Positions 48,384 through 61,820 of a stretch of 64,000 nucleotides of DNA are shown piece by piece. A program made the translations under genes and the position numbers. This stretch comes from Oculina patagonica. Its lineage: Eukaryota. The notes beneath the pieces are model-generated. The model had not been told where the DNA came from. It was given only the letters and a program-made list of their open reading frames with translations, and did not search any database. Numbering within the stretch: position 1 is the stretch's first letter; each line of letters begins with the position of its first letter. The stretch spans positions 16,988,001-17,052,000 of the forward strand of contig NC_135760.1 of NCBI RefSeq assembly GCF_052425735.1, in the 5' to 3' direction.

Positions 48384-49607
48384 GTATGTAAAAAATAGTT
48401 CATTTCACAATCAAGAGAAACCGTATATTTTCCAAACAACTATGCTACTTATTAATTTTCAATCCCAGCCATACTTGTATGTTCTTTTCTTAAATGAGGA
48501 GATTAAAACTTACACTTTTATGCCAAATAGCAACTCACCAAAATTACGTCTGTTGCCTTCCATAATTTCCAGTCCTCCACCCCATCTCATCCATTGCATG
48601 TAAAGTTGTGTGAATTTCGAGACATTCAAAGATATTTAAAACAAACACATTTCAAACGAGCAAAAAGGATTTCTGATTAATTATAAAGTTATCTGTTTGT
48701 TTTCTCAATAATTGCTCGTTTTTTTAGTAATATGACCCATCCTTCCTGTGACTTCTCTAAAGGTCTCAATTTTACTAGTTCCTTTCCCTCAAATATAGCC
48801 TTGAAAAGAAACGGGAAATTTACCATTCTTTAAATATGATAAGTATTGATTATTATTAGTTTTTTTTCTGTTTCAGCTTCCAAAGGAATGTATGACGATG
48901 TCAACAAGCTTCCCAGTAAGCAGTAAGAGTGGAAAAGACTGGCACTACATTGAAACCTGCAAGAGTAAAACTAAGTATAAAAGTGACCGTTAAGTGTTTT
49001 CAAAACCCGATTTTATCTTTATTGTTCTGACAGCTGTTAACGCCATTGTTGTGTTACTTTAAAGCCGTGTACACAGGTTCGGGGAGATCATTATAGCAGA
49101 TTGATCTTTCTCAGACCTTCTCGGGAGGTACTTGATTTTTCTACGACTTTAACCATTTGGATAAAATGATTTAAGGCTAGCTTAGTTTAATGATTATTTC
49201 TTGATGTATTTTTGCGTTATGCAACTCAACTCACGCTCGAGCTCATGTAGCCTTAACTTTGGGTTAATATATTCAATTTCAGCAAGTTAGGAAAGTAACT
49301 TCTTCAGTTTTATTATACATGCATATTCCGTGCCTGTTTGCCACAACACATGTCCTTGTTTCTACTATGGTAAAACAATCGACATATTAATTAAGTACTT
49401 ACAAAAGACCCAGTTAGTTAAAAAAACATGAAGAAACTGTTTTTAAGTAGTCTAACTCAAAATTGTATGGATATGAATTGAAGAGACTGCATAAAAAGGT
49501 TAGATTTCCAGCAAGATACGAAGCAACAGAATTGCTCTGATCTTTTTTCCTGCTGTTATCCATTTTTTTCTATAATATATCATTTTTCATTGTGTGGATA
49601 TCGTTAA

Positions 49608-50310
49608 GGGTCCGACCATTAGAAAAGTGATGGGGAGGGTGGGGAAAAAACAGAAAAAATCAGGCAAAGGAAAATGCCAGGAAAAAGAATTCCTGCAAAG
49701 GGGAAGGCAAAGATAAAAATCATGCAAAACGAAATTAAGCACTAATGGCAATTGATTTTAGCCATTCTTAATATTGTTTTTTAAATATAATGATAACAAA
49801 TGGTCTTTAAGAGTCTGTTCAATAAGTAGGGAGGGGTGGGGTAGGCCGGAGTAGAAAGCGGAAGGGTAATGTAGTTTTGATCTGCACATAGAAAATCCCC
49901 AGTGGTATTTATCAGTATAAATTGATAAATTTCTTGACGTGAGCAGTTTAAGATGTATTTCTAGCGATTTCAGAAGGCCCAAATATAAATATTAAAAAAA
50001 AATTGGTGGGCTCTCTCCAGCCGCCACTTCTCCAATTCCTCCAGGCCACTCCCAATACCGAAACTTACATCAATGAATAACAACATTTTTTGGAATAAAA
50101 AAAGAACATTTGTCAAAAACATGGTATAAAGTAACAATGCATGGCATTTGTCTCAAAAAATTATTTGTCTAAAAAAAATTATCTAAAAATAATTCGAGCA
50201 GAGGGTTACACCCGAAAAAAGGATTCCCGCACAAGCAATGGGCGTAAAAAAATTCGTGCAAGCTGAAAATCCCCCCCCCCCCCCCCTTCACTTTTCCAAT
50301 GGTCCGTCCC
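49608..50310. mobile_element. Orthologous Harbinger-type MITE in copy B
   Basis: Same TIRs and position as 10920-11549, so it predates the duplication. Confidence 0.7.
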
Positions 50311-51013
50311 CAATTAAGTAGAAAAAAGGGAGAATTCGGAAAAGATTTACACGAGTATGGAAGTTCAGTGTTTTAAAGATTTTTCCAAACCGTTGTAAAA
50401 TTATCTTTCACTTTATTTTTTTTCAGTTTGTCAAAGGCTTTTACTTTTGACATGTAAATATTTTTTACCGAATTAGAGGACGTTTACAACGATTTTAGTG
50501 CGATGAATCCCTCGTTACGGACTTCCAGTTTTCTTACTTTTTTCCTGGATAAGCAAAGATTGATTATGTTCATCCGTACAGATGTAACCAAAACTAATTT
50601 AATGCGAATGCAATATAGCACTAAATTGTTGTGCTGTCGCACGTCGAATTCGTTGTTGGTAACTGTTCTTATGTCTGTTTTTACTTCTGAGTTAAGGATA
50701 TTGTTTTAGTCATTAATTAGAAGAGAATTTTATACACAGTATCATAATGGCTTTAGCTCTAATTATTGTAACTTTCTACTTTCCAGTCCTCGTGAGCAAG
50801 TCCAGTCCTCTTACCAGGCTGGACTCTACATCAGCAGTACAGGGGGACCAGTTTTTGAGCTTAAGAGTTGCGAGATTATTTTTAAACTTGTAAGGAAGAT
50901 TTGTTTCAAGTAATAAATGCTAATAACGTTGGATTTTTGTAGTAAAATATTCTGTGCATCCTCCCAGATCTAGGGGCAGTTAGTCGTAAAATGGAACGAT
51001 TTGAATCGTTTTT

Positions 51014-53558
51014 AGGCGAGGACGTTAGTCTCGAGCCTTATGTTATGGAGCGATAAATCGGTTGGGTTTACAACGGGCGATGTGATGATTCGAACCGAGG
51101 GGGATTGGTAACTAAGAATATGGCTTGAGATTTGTTTTCCTCCGCCATCTTGGTTATTCGAGACTTTTTCACAGCCAGAAGCCTTGACTCGAAGTAAGAT
51201 TAGTAGCTTAAATTTTTTTTACGCTCACTTACAAACATATTGAGATATCATAGTACACAAAAACCTTATCGACACACCGAACTAAATTGTGGTTTACGAG
51301 CTGGGAGTCAGCTGGCGAGTGTTGTTTCGGCAGACCTTTGCCTTTCAAGACTGAAGTTGAACTGGAAGCATTGAAAGCAATATAAGCACGGCTAATGAAA
51401 CATCAGGATTGATATATTTGTGATCTGAACTACTGGCGATATTGTAATCTGAGCTTTAACTGAAGAGGAGAAGTGCAGAAGAATGTATTGCCACAACTGC
51501 TGAGGTGAGCTATCAAAAATTTATATCAGTTTGCTTGTACATGTACTTTATTGACTAACATAATGGACAAAGTATTTATGGAATCGAAATAACGATTTTA
51601 AAAGGCTAAATATCTGCTAGATGTTGTTAAATTTAATTTGCTGGAATTTATAGATTACTAAGCATTGAGAGAGCTTCATTCGCGATCCCTTCTGTCAACA
51701 GAACGTTTTCGTATACTACTAGGTCAGATTTCAACATTGATTTTAATAATGGTGTGCAAAGCAGCAGTAAATATAAATAAGTGATTGTAAAATATGGATA
51801 CAAACAAACTTATTTCAGGCTTTACCACTGATAACAGAACTACAATTGATCACATTTATACAAATCTAAATAAATCAAGAGTCCAAACTGGTGTTCTCAA
51901 GACACACTAAAGTGACCTTAAAGGTAGGTGGTTTAATAGCAACCAAAAAAGAGTATATACATTTTTGTAGACCATAATAACTAGTAAATGATTTAAGAAG
52001 CATAGTGTACATGTAGAAAGATGTGTTTCAGAAAAAAGAAAAATTTAAGTAGCTACTTATGTTGCAATAAATTGTTGTAGTTAATCAGTCTTAGTGTCTA
52101 AACAAATATGTATAAAACAATTATTAAATTTTTAACAATTGATTTTTTCTTTTATTATGTTTACAGAACAGAATTAAAAAACAACAGAAAACATCCAAAA
52201 TACAGTTTTCAAAGAATCCACTGACAGCTGTGTTTTGTCCTAATTGCTTCAATCTGTTTAATCTGCACTTTGTCAAGAAGCAGCGTGAATGTGTGAATGT
52301 GGCTATTGCATTGGAACTGCTTTGACTGGAACTGGTTATTGGCCTCTATTCTGCCTCTATGCAATATATAGAAAGCCCAATCCTCACTATGAATGGCAGA
52401 TATATTTAAACAAAACACAGCGAAAACCATGTAGCAATAACACCTAAGTAAAAAAAATAAACTGTGTAAAACATCTTTGGATTTGCTACTGAAAGATCCT
52501 TCAATTCAAATTCATTACTGGCAAACCACTGTATCAACTCTACTTCCTAGACTCCGCATGTACTGTTGGACTTACTTGCATCACAAATTGTACAGAAAGT
52601 GCAAACAACTTTCAGCCCCATTTAAATTTAACAAGAGTAAATCAAGATGCTATATCAACTTTACTTCCTGGAAACTTGTACTTCCTTGCACTGCGTGTTT
52701 TACCTCTAAATGATATTAAGTTTTTGGACTTACTGCACAAAATTTACATTACAGATTGTACAGTGAGTGCAGACAACTTTAAGCCACATTTAAACAAGAG
52801 GCAATCTAGATACATTATTTCAAGACATTTTATTCTTGGCAAAGTTGTGGAAGTTTCCTCGCTGTCTAGTAAAGTTACAAAATATGTTGCCTTCCATTGT
52901 GAAAAGTCGTGATAAAAGACATCTTATTAGAGTTGTACGAATTAAATCGTGTCAATTTTGTGATTAAAGCAGCTTACAATTTGCCTTTTATTAATTACAG
53001 TAACATTGGTTAGAAACTAACCTTTCCTTGGAATGCACAACTAAAAACACCACCGGAAACAAAGTACTATATTTTAAAATTTTATTTACCTGACAAACCC
53101 ATTTCCCCCCTTTTATAGCAAATGTCTCAGTGTCTCAACTTTCGACTTACAGTGAGGAGCCGAAAAGGGTGACCACTTTTAATGTACTAACAATTTTCCT
53201 TGCACGAAAGAATGTGAATTATTTAAAAGTGGTCACACAATTGGGCTCCTTGCTGTAAATCACACATCTTTTGGACTCGCATTTTCACTCAATAGACATT
53301 TTTGGCTTTGTCAGTGTAAATTGCCCATTTCAAAATCACATGATGCTCCCCAGAGAACTTGTTTTTAACTATCTGAATGCCAAGAGAATTTTTCTGAATT
53401 TGAAGAGTGATTCTCAAGAGTGATGTCACAGTCTGAAAAAGACAACAAAAAATCGAAGCCCGAAAGGTCTATTCTCAGTTCTTTGTCTGGAAGTTTTAAC
53501 ATACTGACTTGCTTTACTGGAATGTCCTCGCCTTAGTATGCATTGCATACCGGTTATT
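51014..53558 (+). mobile_element. Non-autonomous Helentron (Helitron2-type) with a decayed AP-endonuclease remnant
   Basis: Inserted in a T-run with no TSD (empty site cgtttttgtatc at 13513-13524). 5' AGGCGAGGACGTT and 3' subterminal AATGTCCTCGCCT form an inverted repeat, followed by the hairpin GTATGCA-T-TGCATAC. ~51710-51935 encodes G.DFNID...LISGFTTDNRTTIDHIYTNL...TGVLKTH*SD. Confidence 0.8.
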
Positions 53559-54923
53559 GTATCAGGCTAGGGTAAACGTTTTGGCCGCTGTCGGAATGTG
53601 CTGCAAAGATGCAATAGTCGATTTAACAAGTTAGATTATCGGCATCTACGGAATAGTTGAGGATATTCCAATCTTTCAGCTTTTCTTTCTTCGGTCGTAG
53701 TTTCGTGTGCACTAAGATGTCTGCACTGGATTGAAGACTATAATGTACGCAATAGAACAGTAGAAGTAAACGCGTGGAATCGGCTAACCGTTTGCCAATA
53801 AAAAACCAACAGTTACTTGTTTGTAATATACAGAGTAAAATTAGCGCCATAGTAGGACAGTTTTCCAAGTGTCGAGCTAACACGAAAAAACTCGCGAGTA
53901 ATGCTTCTACTCCAAATAGTCGCACACTGCAACATTTTTTGCGAAACATCGTTTACGAACTGAAGTGAATGGGAAGCAAATTCTATTGTTGTATAGCTCT
54001 TTTCCCTGCGATAGCGCTTGCATTGACTGACTAGCACATGGTCACATGACACCTAACAATAAAACTGTTTCACACCAAATGTCCATGAGCGGGTAACATT
54101 GCGGTAGAGAAAGAGTTGTGGTAATTAAAACGTTAAACTTTCGGAAGCTTTGTCGACAAGAAAACTAAATTGTCATTGGAACCTACCATTCTTCAAATGT
54201 GACTTTCAGTTAATATGATCTCAACTAAAACACGGTGCTTCAATGATGATAGATGGTTAACATTAGGTTTTTTAGTTTATTTTTTCTAGAAAAAAGCACA
54301 TTAGGAGAGAACGTAATTATACTTAGTGCTTTTTATCGCAACTTAACGGTAGATCTCAACTATGTAAGGTCTTACACGAGCAATACCACAAGCACCCACG
54401 TTTTCATTTTTAAACCGAAGTGTAGCACGTACAAGAAATAAAGAAACAATCTTTGATCAAACCAGTCAAACCTCGTGGGTACTTGAAGGAATCTTGACAG
54501 TTTTTTTTTTACCTGCAAAAACAACCGGTGGAAGCATTTTGGCGCGAACGTATCACACGAGGCAAAGAAAATTTTACATTTAATGCGTGGTTGTTCATTA
54601 GAAGCAACGTTGCATTAAATAAGACAATTTAATTTTGTTTTGTATAGTGAGACAAATAAATTAATTAAGCTCTTGGTGTCAACGAGTGTTAAGAAATTGG
54701 ATGCGGATACAATATTAATTTGAGCCTGAACGCCCACAATTTAACTAATCAGAAAGTAAATTCTGTTTTTTAAGGGAAGTTGACAATAGTTTGAATTAGA
54801 TACCACACTTGTCAGGATGTGGGGGACCTGTCAAAGTAAAAGGAAATATATAGAGTAGAGGTTTATCTTTAATAGACAAAAAGTGTTTCCCCTTTTAGGT
54901 GGGTCGACCTGTTGTCTTGGAAC

Positions 54924-55101
54924 NNNNNNNNNNNNNNNNNNNNNNNNNNNNNNNNNNNNNNNNNNNNNNNNNNNNNNNNNNNNNNNNNNNNNNNNNNNNN
55001 NNNNNNNNNNNNNNNNNNNNNNNNNNNNNNNNNNNNNNNNNNNNNNNNNNNNNNNNNNNNNNNNNNNNNNNNNNNNNNNNNNNNNNNNNNNNNNNNNNNN
55101 N
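54924..55101. other. Assembly gap (N run)
   Basis: 178 N. Confidence 1.
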
Positions 55102-57959
55102 TGTCACAGTGTTTCTATGTAAGTCATCTTGTTCTTTATTGGAATAACAGTTACCAATTCAGAATGCTTAAGCGATTTATTTTCTTTTTGGGAGGACTTT
55201 GAGTTTCTCTTAGTTTCATAATTCACTCACTAATAGCTGATTCGGTCAAGTGACCAAAAAGAACAGCACTCATTCTATTGCGTTACTGTGTTTAACCCTG
55301 TATCTCATTTCCGCTGTCATTTTAGTCAGCTTTACTCCAAAATATTTACTCCACCTACGAAATTAGCAAAAGAATAATACTCCTTTACAATCTTACTTAA
55401 CACAATAACACACTTCCGCAGACAAGTTACGACATAGAAGTCTTTTTAAGAAGCTAGACATGGTTACCAAGTGAACAATTAGAAGCCGTGGCCAGTTCTT
55501 AATTGTCCCTATTTCCCTATATTGCACTTTTATTTTTACAAGGTCCAGCTTACACGAAAAGCCTGTAAGATATTCCGATTAAAATTTCGTTAGAATCATT
55601 TTTGTGACATGATCGAAGAATATTGACGGTGTTACGGTAAACAGTCTAAACAAGTAATAATAATACTCAGGGAATTCTCTTACCTTTTTCTTAACTTTTC
55701 GCGAGTTTAATTATCGCGAATCTTTTACAGACAAAATTAACGAAAATGAAACTACAAAAGCGTCCTACGCACCAAGCGGAAACCATCCTGCCCACAAAAC
55801 ACACAGTAACAGACGAGAAACTTGTATCAACAATATCAGGAAGCGCTCGAAGGATCTATAACTGTGTTTGGATATGTAGTTTACAAATTTGAGCGTTATT
55901 AGTATAGTTAACGGAGGGCTAAACGCGCCGCAAATCTCATGTCTCGATAGGTTCCCGTGCCCGGTGTTAAAGTCAGTAAAGCTTTCTTAAAAGGAAGATA
56001 GGAAAAAAAGCCATTTTTGGAAAGAGATTTAGTAAGAACAGTGCATTTACAGAAACTCAAAACGTCAATTTATTTCTTTGTTTAACTCATAAGCAACCTT
56101 GACTTTGAGTCTTTTTTTCTTTAATTATATTTTCCTTCTTACTATTAGTTTTACTTAAGTATCACTTGAACCATGATCGTTCATTGAGTTAGGTATAGAA
56201 GGTACTTAAATGACTTGACCTTTAACGTTTTTCTTTTTTTTTTCTTGGCAAATACAGCGGTGGATTTGACACAAGTTTCACATCTTATGTTATGAAACAA
56301 TTCAACAGAGGCAGTTTGAAATTAAAAGACTTGTATAAAGTCTAATTTAGCAGCTGCTTTCTACAAAGCAAACGTAACAGCCAAAATTAAGTAAACTTGC
56401 ATAATATAACTTGAAAACGTTCTTTGTGTCTTTCGCTTGACACATCTAATACTGACACAGAGCGGAAATTTGTACGAATGAAACATTTGACTTCGGAAAT
56501 CGGAGGACTAAAAGGCATATCAGATCGGAAATTAAAATGCCACAATGGCCTTTCCTTGTCAAATATTTAAAAGGGCACAGTTCTTTGTGTAGTTTCAAGC
56601 TTTTTTCCTGCATTAAAGTCCACGACGGTTGACCATATGTTTTAGCTACTTTCGGCAAAAGGTCCGATGTTAACGAATTTTTGTTAGATAATTTTACATA
56701 TCTTTCAGCCTCACTATTGGTTATACAAGTAAGAGTCTGATACATTATTATCAACACTACCACACAAAAGATATTTTAGCTTATTTCCTTCCGATATCTA
56801 CTGTGCGGTGCGGTTTACTATGTCAGTCAAGAACGAAGCTACAGGAAACATATCTACGAAGGTACGTAGGACTTACGCTTTTTAACATGTTGTGTTTTTA
56901 AAGTTTGCATGTTCGTCTGCGTCTTCCCCATCAATATAAAGGTCGAAATTTATTGTGGAGCGCTCTAACAAAAATTTTAAACATCTGATCATGCCCGGCA
57001 AAGGTGAAAGGGAAACAACCAATTGAAGAACTCAATGTCGATAATAGTTTCATTTTGAAGAGCAGTACTCCACAAATCACGAAAATACATTAGAAAATGA
57101 GGATGACTTACAATGGCGAGGATAAAAATGGATTGCGATATGGAAAAAGTTGAAAATGCGAAGGTTTGCAAATATCAAATCCCTTGATATTTGCAAAAAA
57201 ATTCCCGTAACAAGAAAGAGCTACAAGAGTTGCTTCGTAAACTGCGTAAATTTTGTTTAAAAAGAAATCACTTTTTTTTGTATCGTAACGTAGGCCGAGG
57301 CAACATTTCAGTTTTTCACTTTTTAGATATGTGTAACGCTCGCGTATAATGCTCTTTACCAGGACCCTTCCTTTTCCTTAGCCCCATAGCTCGACCGCTG
57401 ACAATGGAACGACATGTTACTGACATGTTGCCTGTATTTACATTGAAAACTTGACGCTGGGAGAATAAAAATATAAATGGCTTAAAAAGTCAAACATGCT
57501 GATCTTTTCTCTGTAAACCTGAAACTGAACCTGGCCCTGCATGGGCGTGTATAGCTCAGGATGCGTTTTCTTGTTGTTGTTTTTTTTTCGAAAATAGGAC
57601 GACTAACCATTGCAGAGAAGTGTTGTACTTATATTTCAATTATTATAACATGTTCAGCAATGTCGCACACTCGCATGCTCTCTGGTGATTCTCACTTACG
57701 AATTAATAATATAACTTAATTCCGTATGACGATTATTTGGAATACCGGCATCAAACTTGTGGCGATGTAGATTGTTTTCTGCGACTTTTAAAAACGATGT
57801 CAGTCCCGAGCACTCACTTATTTTTACGTAATTGACTGTCAGTTTTTTCTGTTTGTTTCTTGCCATTTCTAGTAGCTCCTCGGGCAACTTTTCTCAGTCC
57901 CAACTTCCCTCTTGCATCTATAACTCGACAAACGGACCCCAATTATGGCCAACTCTTAA

Positions 57960-58356
57960 AGGGACTGTGTCACAGCTCAGTTCAGTTTATTTTATTAAGT
58001 TTTGCCAAATATTCGCTGTGAAACTTAATGTTTGCATAGAAATTACTTCCAGCCTGAGGGATCTAAAAGACGAACCCATAGATTCACTGCAACCAAATCT
58101 GTCTCCCGGGCGTTCTAATATAAGGGTTACAAGCAAACGAGATTAACATTGAAAACTTTTCAGCCAAACAATATTTCAAAAACCCATATCACAATCCGTT
58201 TCAATCTTCTCCACTTTTGACCATCCATACCTTCTTTTGTATTTGCTGTGTTACTGAAATGTTCCTTCACTGTTTAAGTGGTTATTTGTATATTTCACCC
58301 AATTTCATGGTCATTTCCCATGCCTAAATTTGGCTTAAATCCGTGACACAGTCCCT
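57960..58356. mobile_element. TTAA-target MITE (Kolobok-like)
   Basis: TTAA|AGGGACTGTGTCAC ... GTGACACAGTCCCT|TTAA. Confidence 0.8.
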
Positions 58357-58725
58357 TTAATTTCGAGAGATGATCACGGAAATATTTCAAGATGATTATA
58401 CTGTATGCTTGCTGTTACGTGCAGCCAATGGGCGAACATCGTGATCTGAATGATAGCCTTATGATCCGAGACATTTATATTACATTCAGTCAAACAAACA
58501 TCAAGACAAAGAAGACGGATGTTTTTATCGCAGACACGTTTGCGTTCAAGTCGTTAGGGCTTAGATCATCATAAGGTTTTTTAAATTCTGAGCGCTTATT
58601 TCCGTTACGTAATAGATATTTTAAATGTTCTTCTTCATACATTTACGGCTTTTAAAACAATGGCACTAGTGCGTGAAAACTTCTTAAATACTGCCTATCC
58701 AATGACTGATCACAAATAACACCTT

Positions 58726-58923
58726 TAGAGCAGTTTTCAATCAAGTGTCGTAAAACCAAAACCAAAGTAATTACTCTGGCCAATCACAAAGGACACAGAC
58801 AATTGAGTGAGCCAATCAAAACTCGAAGCAAATACATGTAGCTGGCACGAAGCGCGGGAAAACGTGCGCGAGCGAGTCACGATTGGTTTTGGTTTTACTC
58901 CTGATTGGCTGAGAAAGTGGCGC

Positions 58924-58956
<33 letters not shown>

Positions 58957-59010
58957 GCAAAACCAAAGCAAACGCAATTTACTTTCGACACTCAAGTGAA
59001 AACCGCTCTA
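58726..59010. mobile_element. ~285-bp short-TIR interspersed repeat (MITE)
   Basis: TAGAGCAGTTTTCA ... TGAAAACCGCTCTA termini with multiple CCAATCA motifs; a second copy lies at ~20722. Confidence 0.7.
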
Positions 59011-59022
59011 TCTTTGCTTTAA

Positions 59023-59350
59023 AGGAGCTATGTCAAGGATTGTAACAGATTTTTGAACAGCCAAAATTAAAATTTCTGTCGAGTAGGAAACTTAATAATA
59101 ATGGTCCATTTTTATTAACAATTCCTATTTTAGGGCACTAAAACTGTATAAAAAGTCGCGTTTGGCTGCGGATGGCTCGGATGGAAATGGGTTGCAATTT
59201 GAAAACGTTAGCCAACGTTTTCAAGTTGTTTCCACGCGCCTCAAAAAATCGATATTTATAGTAGACGTTTTATTTCTATCCCCAAATAAAGTTTGTTCAA
59301 TGTTCACAGGTAAAGTTGCCTACCACTTTAATCCCCGTGACATAGTCCCT
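59023..59350. mobile_element. TTAA-target MITE, different subfamily
   Basis: TTAA|AGGAGCTATGTCA ... TGACATAGTCCCT|TTAC. Confidence 0.6.
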
Positions 59351-59717
59351 TTACTGTCTGCAAGCATTCATCAAGGTCTCCAATTACACCAAGCGAGTGA
59401 TCTTTAAACGACGGAAATCTCTTAGTATTTGGTCCCATTTCCTTTTGAACCGCGGAACCCGTGAAAGATATCAGCAAGTTTATGGCCATTAACTGAGCGT
59501 GTCTGTAAAAAAATTATTCCATTACTTGGCGTCACCTATTTATCACTATAATCTAATCATTGCACGTGTAAAACCATTGTAATCGATTACGAATCATTAG
59601 CAGATTTCGTCAGTGATAAAGCGCGCGACTCACGAAAAGAAATTAATTGGCCTCGGAGAGATTGTATTGTTGAAAATGATCAACTCTCCATTTTACCTCC
59701 GTAAGTCCGCGTTTTAA

Positions 59718-60113
59718 AGTGACCGTGTCACGAATTTTAGCCAAACTTAGGCATAGGAAATGGCCATCAAATTCGTTTAAATATATAAAATAACCTCTTA
59801 AACAGTGAAGGAGTATTTTATTTATTAACACGCCAAATGCAAAAGAAGGTACGGGTGGCCAAAAGTGTCGAAGATTGAAACGGACTGCGATATGGGATTT
59901 TGAAATATGGTCCGGCGGAACAGTTTCCAAAGTTAATTTTGTCTGCTTGTAACTTTACTTATTATAACGCTCGGGTGACACATTTGGCTGCAATGAAGCT
60001 ATGGTTTTGTCATTTAGAATCATAGAATTAATTTCTATGCAAACATTTAGTTTCATAGCGAATATTTGACAAAATTTAATAACATAAAATTAACTTAGCC
60101 GTGACCAGTCCCT
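59718..60113. mobile_element. TTAA-target MITE, inverted relative of 57960-58356
   Basis: TTAA flanks; the internal sequence is a diverged reverse complement of 57960-58356. Confidence 0.75.
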
Positions 60114-61051
60114 TTAACTGTTGCGGGATTACAACCATTCAAACTAATTGTTCGACGTGAAATTTACACTTATTTGTACTGTTGCATGATGCGCTGGTGT
60201 GGTTTTTTAGATAAAACAGTTCAAATGGCCAACCACATGGGTATTACAGAACAATTACAGTGTATTGTCGCAGTAGTGTCATAACTGAACACGCTTTTGA
60301 TTAGGCATCACACACACGAAAAAAATATGAGATTAAACAAGTTATGATCATTTCTGAGAGAGCACTCTTGTTATCTCTTATTTTTGACCGAGTCTTACGA
60401 ATAACCCAAGAACAAGCCATTTTTATAATCAGATTACACACTAGTTTACGGATTTTGTATTAAAGTTTGGAAAAAAGGGAAAAAAAACTTAAGCACTTTA
60501 ATGCGAAGGTACAATTTCTGAATCACTGAGTACATCGGATAGCTTTCGTGTACGGCGTATGCAAACAAAGATAGTTTTAATTCACCTCTCCTTCCTCGTA
60601 AACGGAAATCTCTTAGCACCTTATCAGTTGAGGATGTGGAAGATGGAAGTCTCTTATTAGCCATTAGTATTATTGTATTACATTAACATGACTTATTACA
60701 ATCTCATAATTCGGCATAATTGACTTCCTAATGATTGTAATAATTTAACGCAAGTACACATTATAAAATTTAACGAGATTACCAAATTATTTTTAGCAGT
60801 AAGTCAAGTCAATGTTCCAGTTTTAATAATTTCAAGCTAACAATTTGGCCTCCCAGTTTATTAAAAGTCTTGCTATTTGCCGTATTCCGGGCGTATTGTA
60901 GGATTGCTTGCTGGTCTGTTTTTAAGACAAAAAGGGAATATAACAGACTAAGAAAGAGCAAGGAATAAGTGAATGCTTGCTTGATTTATCGAAAATAAAA
61001 ATTATTTCTGTGACATCCCATGTGCCGAAGCCAAAAACACGTTTGAATATG

Positions 61052-61535
61052 GAGAATAAGGGACGGACCATTATTTTTTTAGAGGGGGGGGGGAATGAAA
61101 AATATTGAAAAAAATTGTTTGCCGCAGGGCCTGGAAAGACAAAATAAATTGTTTGCAAACACGATATGTATAACAAAAAAATAGTAAGTATTTCGAAAAA
61201 AAATGTTTGCAGAGGTGCATAAACTAAAAAAAAAAATTTTGCAGAGGAAAATTTTTCATCGCCCCCCCCCCCCCCCCCTCCAAGAAAATAATGGTCCGTC
61301 CCTAACTAAACATCACATCTCCTGTACACGTTCGACGCACTTAGCTGTTCTTAGGAAGTTCAATCATAAACGATGAATGAGATACGTATTTTTAAATGGC
61401 GAACGACTGACAAGGATCGTAGATCAAAATATATATCCGACTCCCGCAAGTTTTCAAGAAAAACTATTTTACAGTTTTATTAAGAAACCTAAGTGCGTCG
61501 AACGTGTACAGAAGACGTGATGTCTAGTTATTCTC
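61052..61535. mobile_element. Long-TIR element whose left TIR is interrupted by the 61060-61302 MITE
   Basis: gagaataa[MITE]ctaaacatcacatctcctgtacacgttcgacgcacttag pairs with ctaagtgcgtcgaacgtgtacagaagacgtgatgtctagttattctc. Confidence 0.65.
61060..61302. mobile_element. Harbinger-type MITE
   Basis: TAA|GGGACGGACCATTATTTT ... AAAATAATGGTCCGTCCC|TAA. Confidence 0.8.
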
Positions 61536-61820
61536 GGTTTCCTTATTACTTTTTTAAAAATGAACTATCGGATATAACAATGATTACACTATCTATACCA
61601 CTTGAAGAAGGCGTTTGTAAACATCCCGACAAATGGCGTGCGTCATTCAACAGGTAGGCGATTATCGCATAGCCATAATTATGGCGTAGCTCACTTGCCG
61701 CTAACCTTATATAATACACGAATCCATGGATAACTCATTCACAGCGTGTTGAGTATTTTAGTCATTACAAAGACCAAATAGAGTTTCTTTTCTGTTTTCT
61801 TGCAGCTAGCCATTTTAAGA

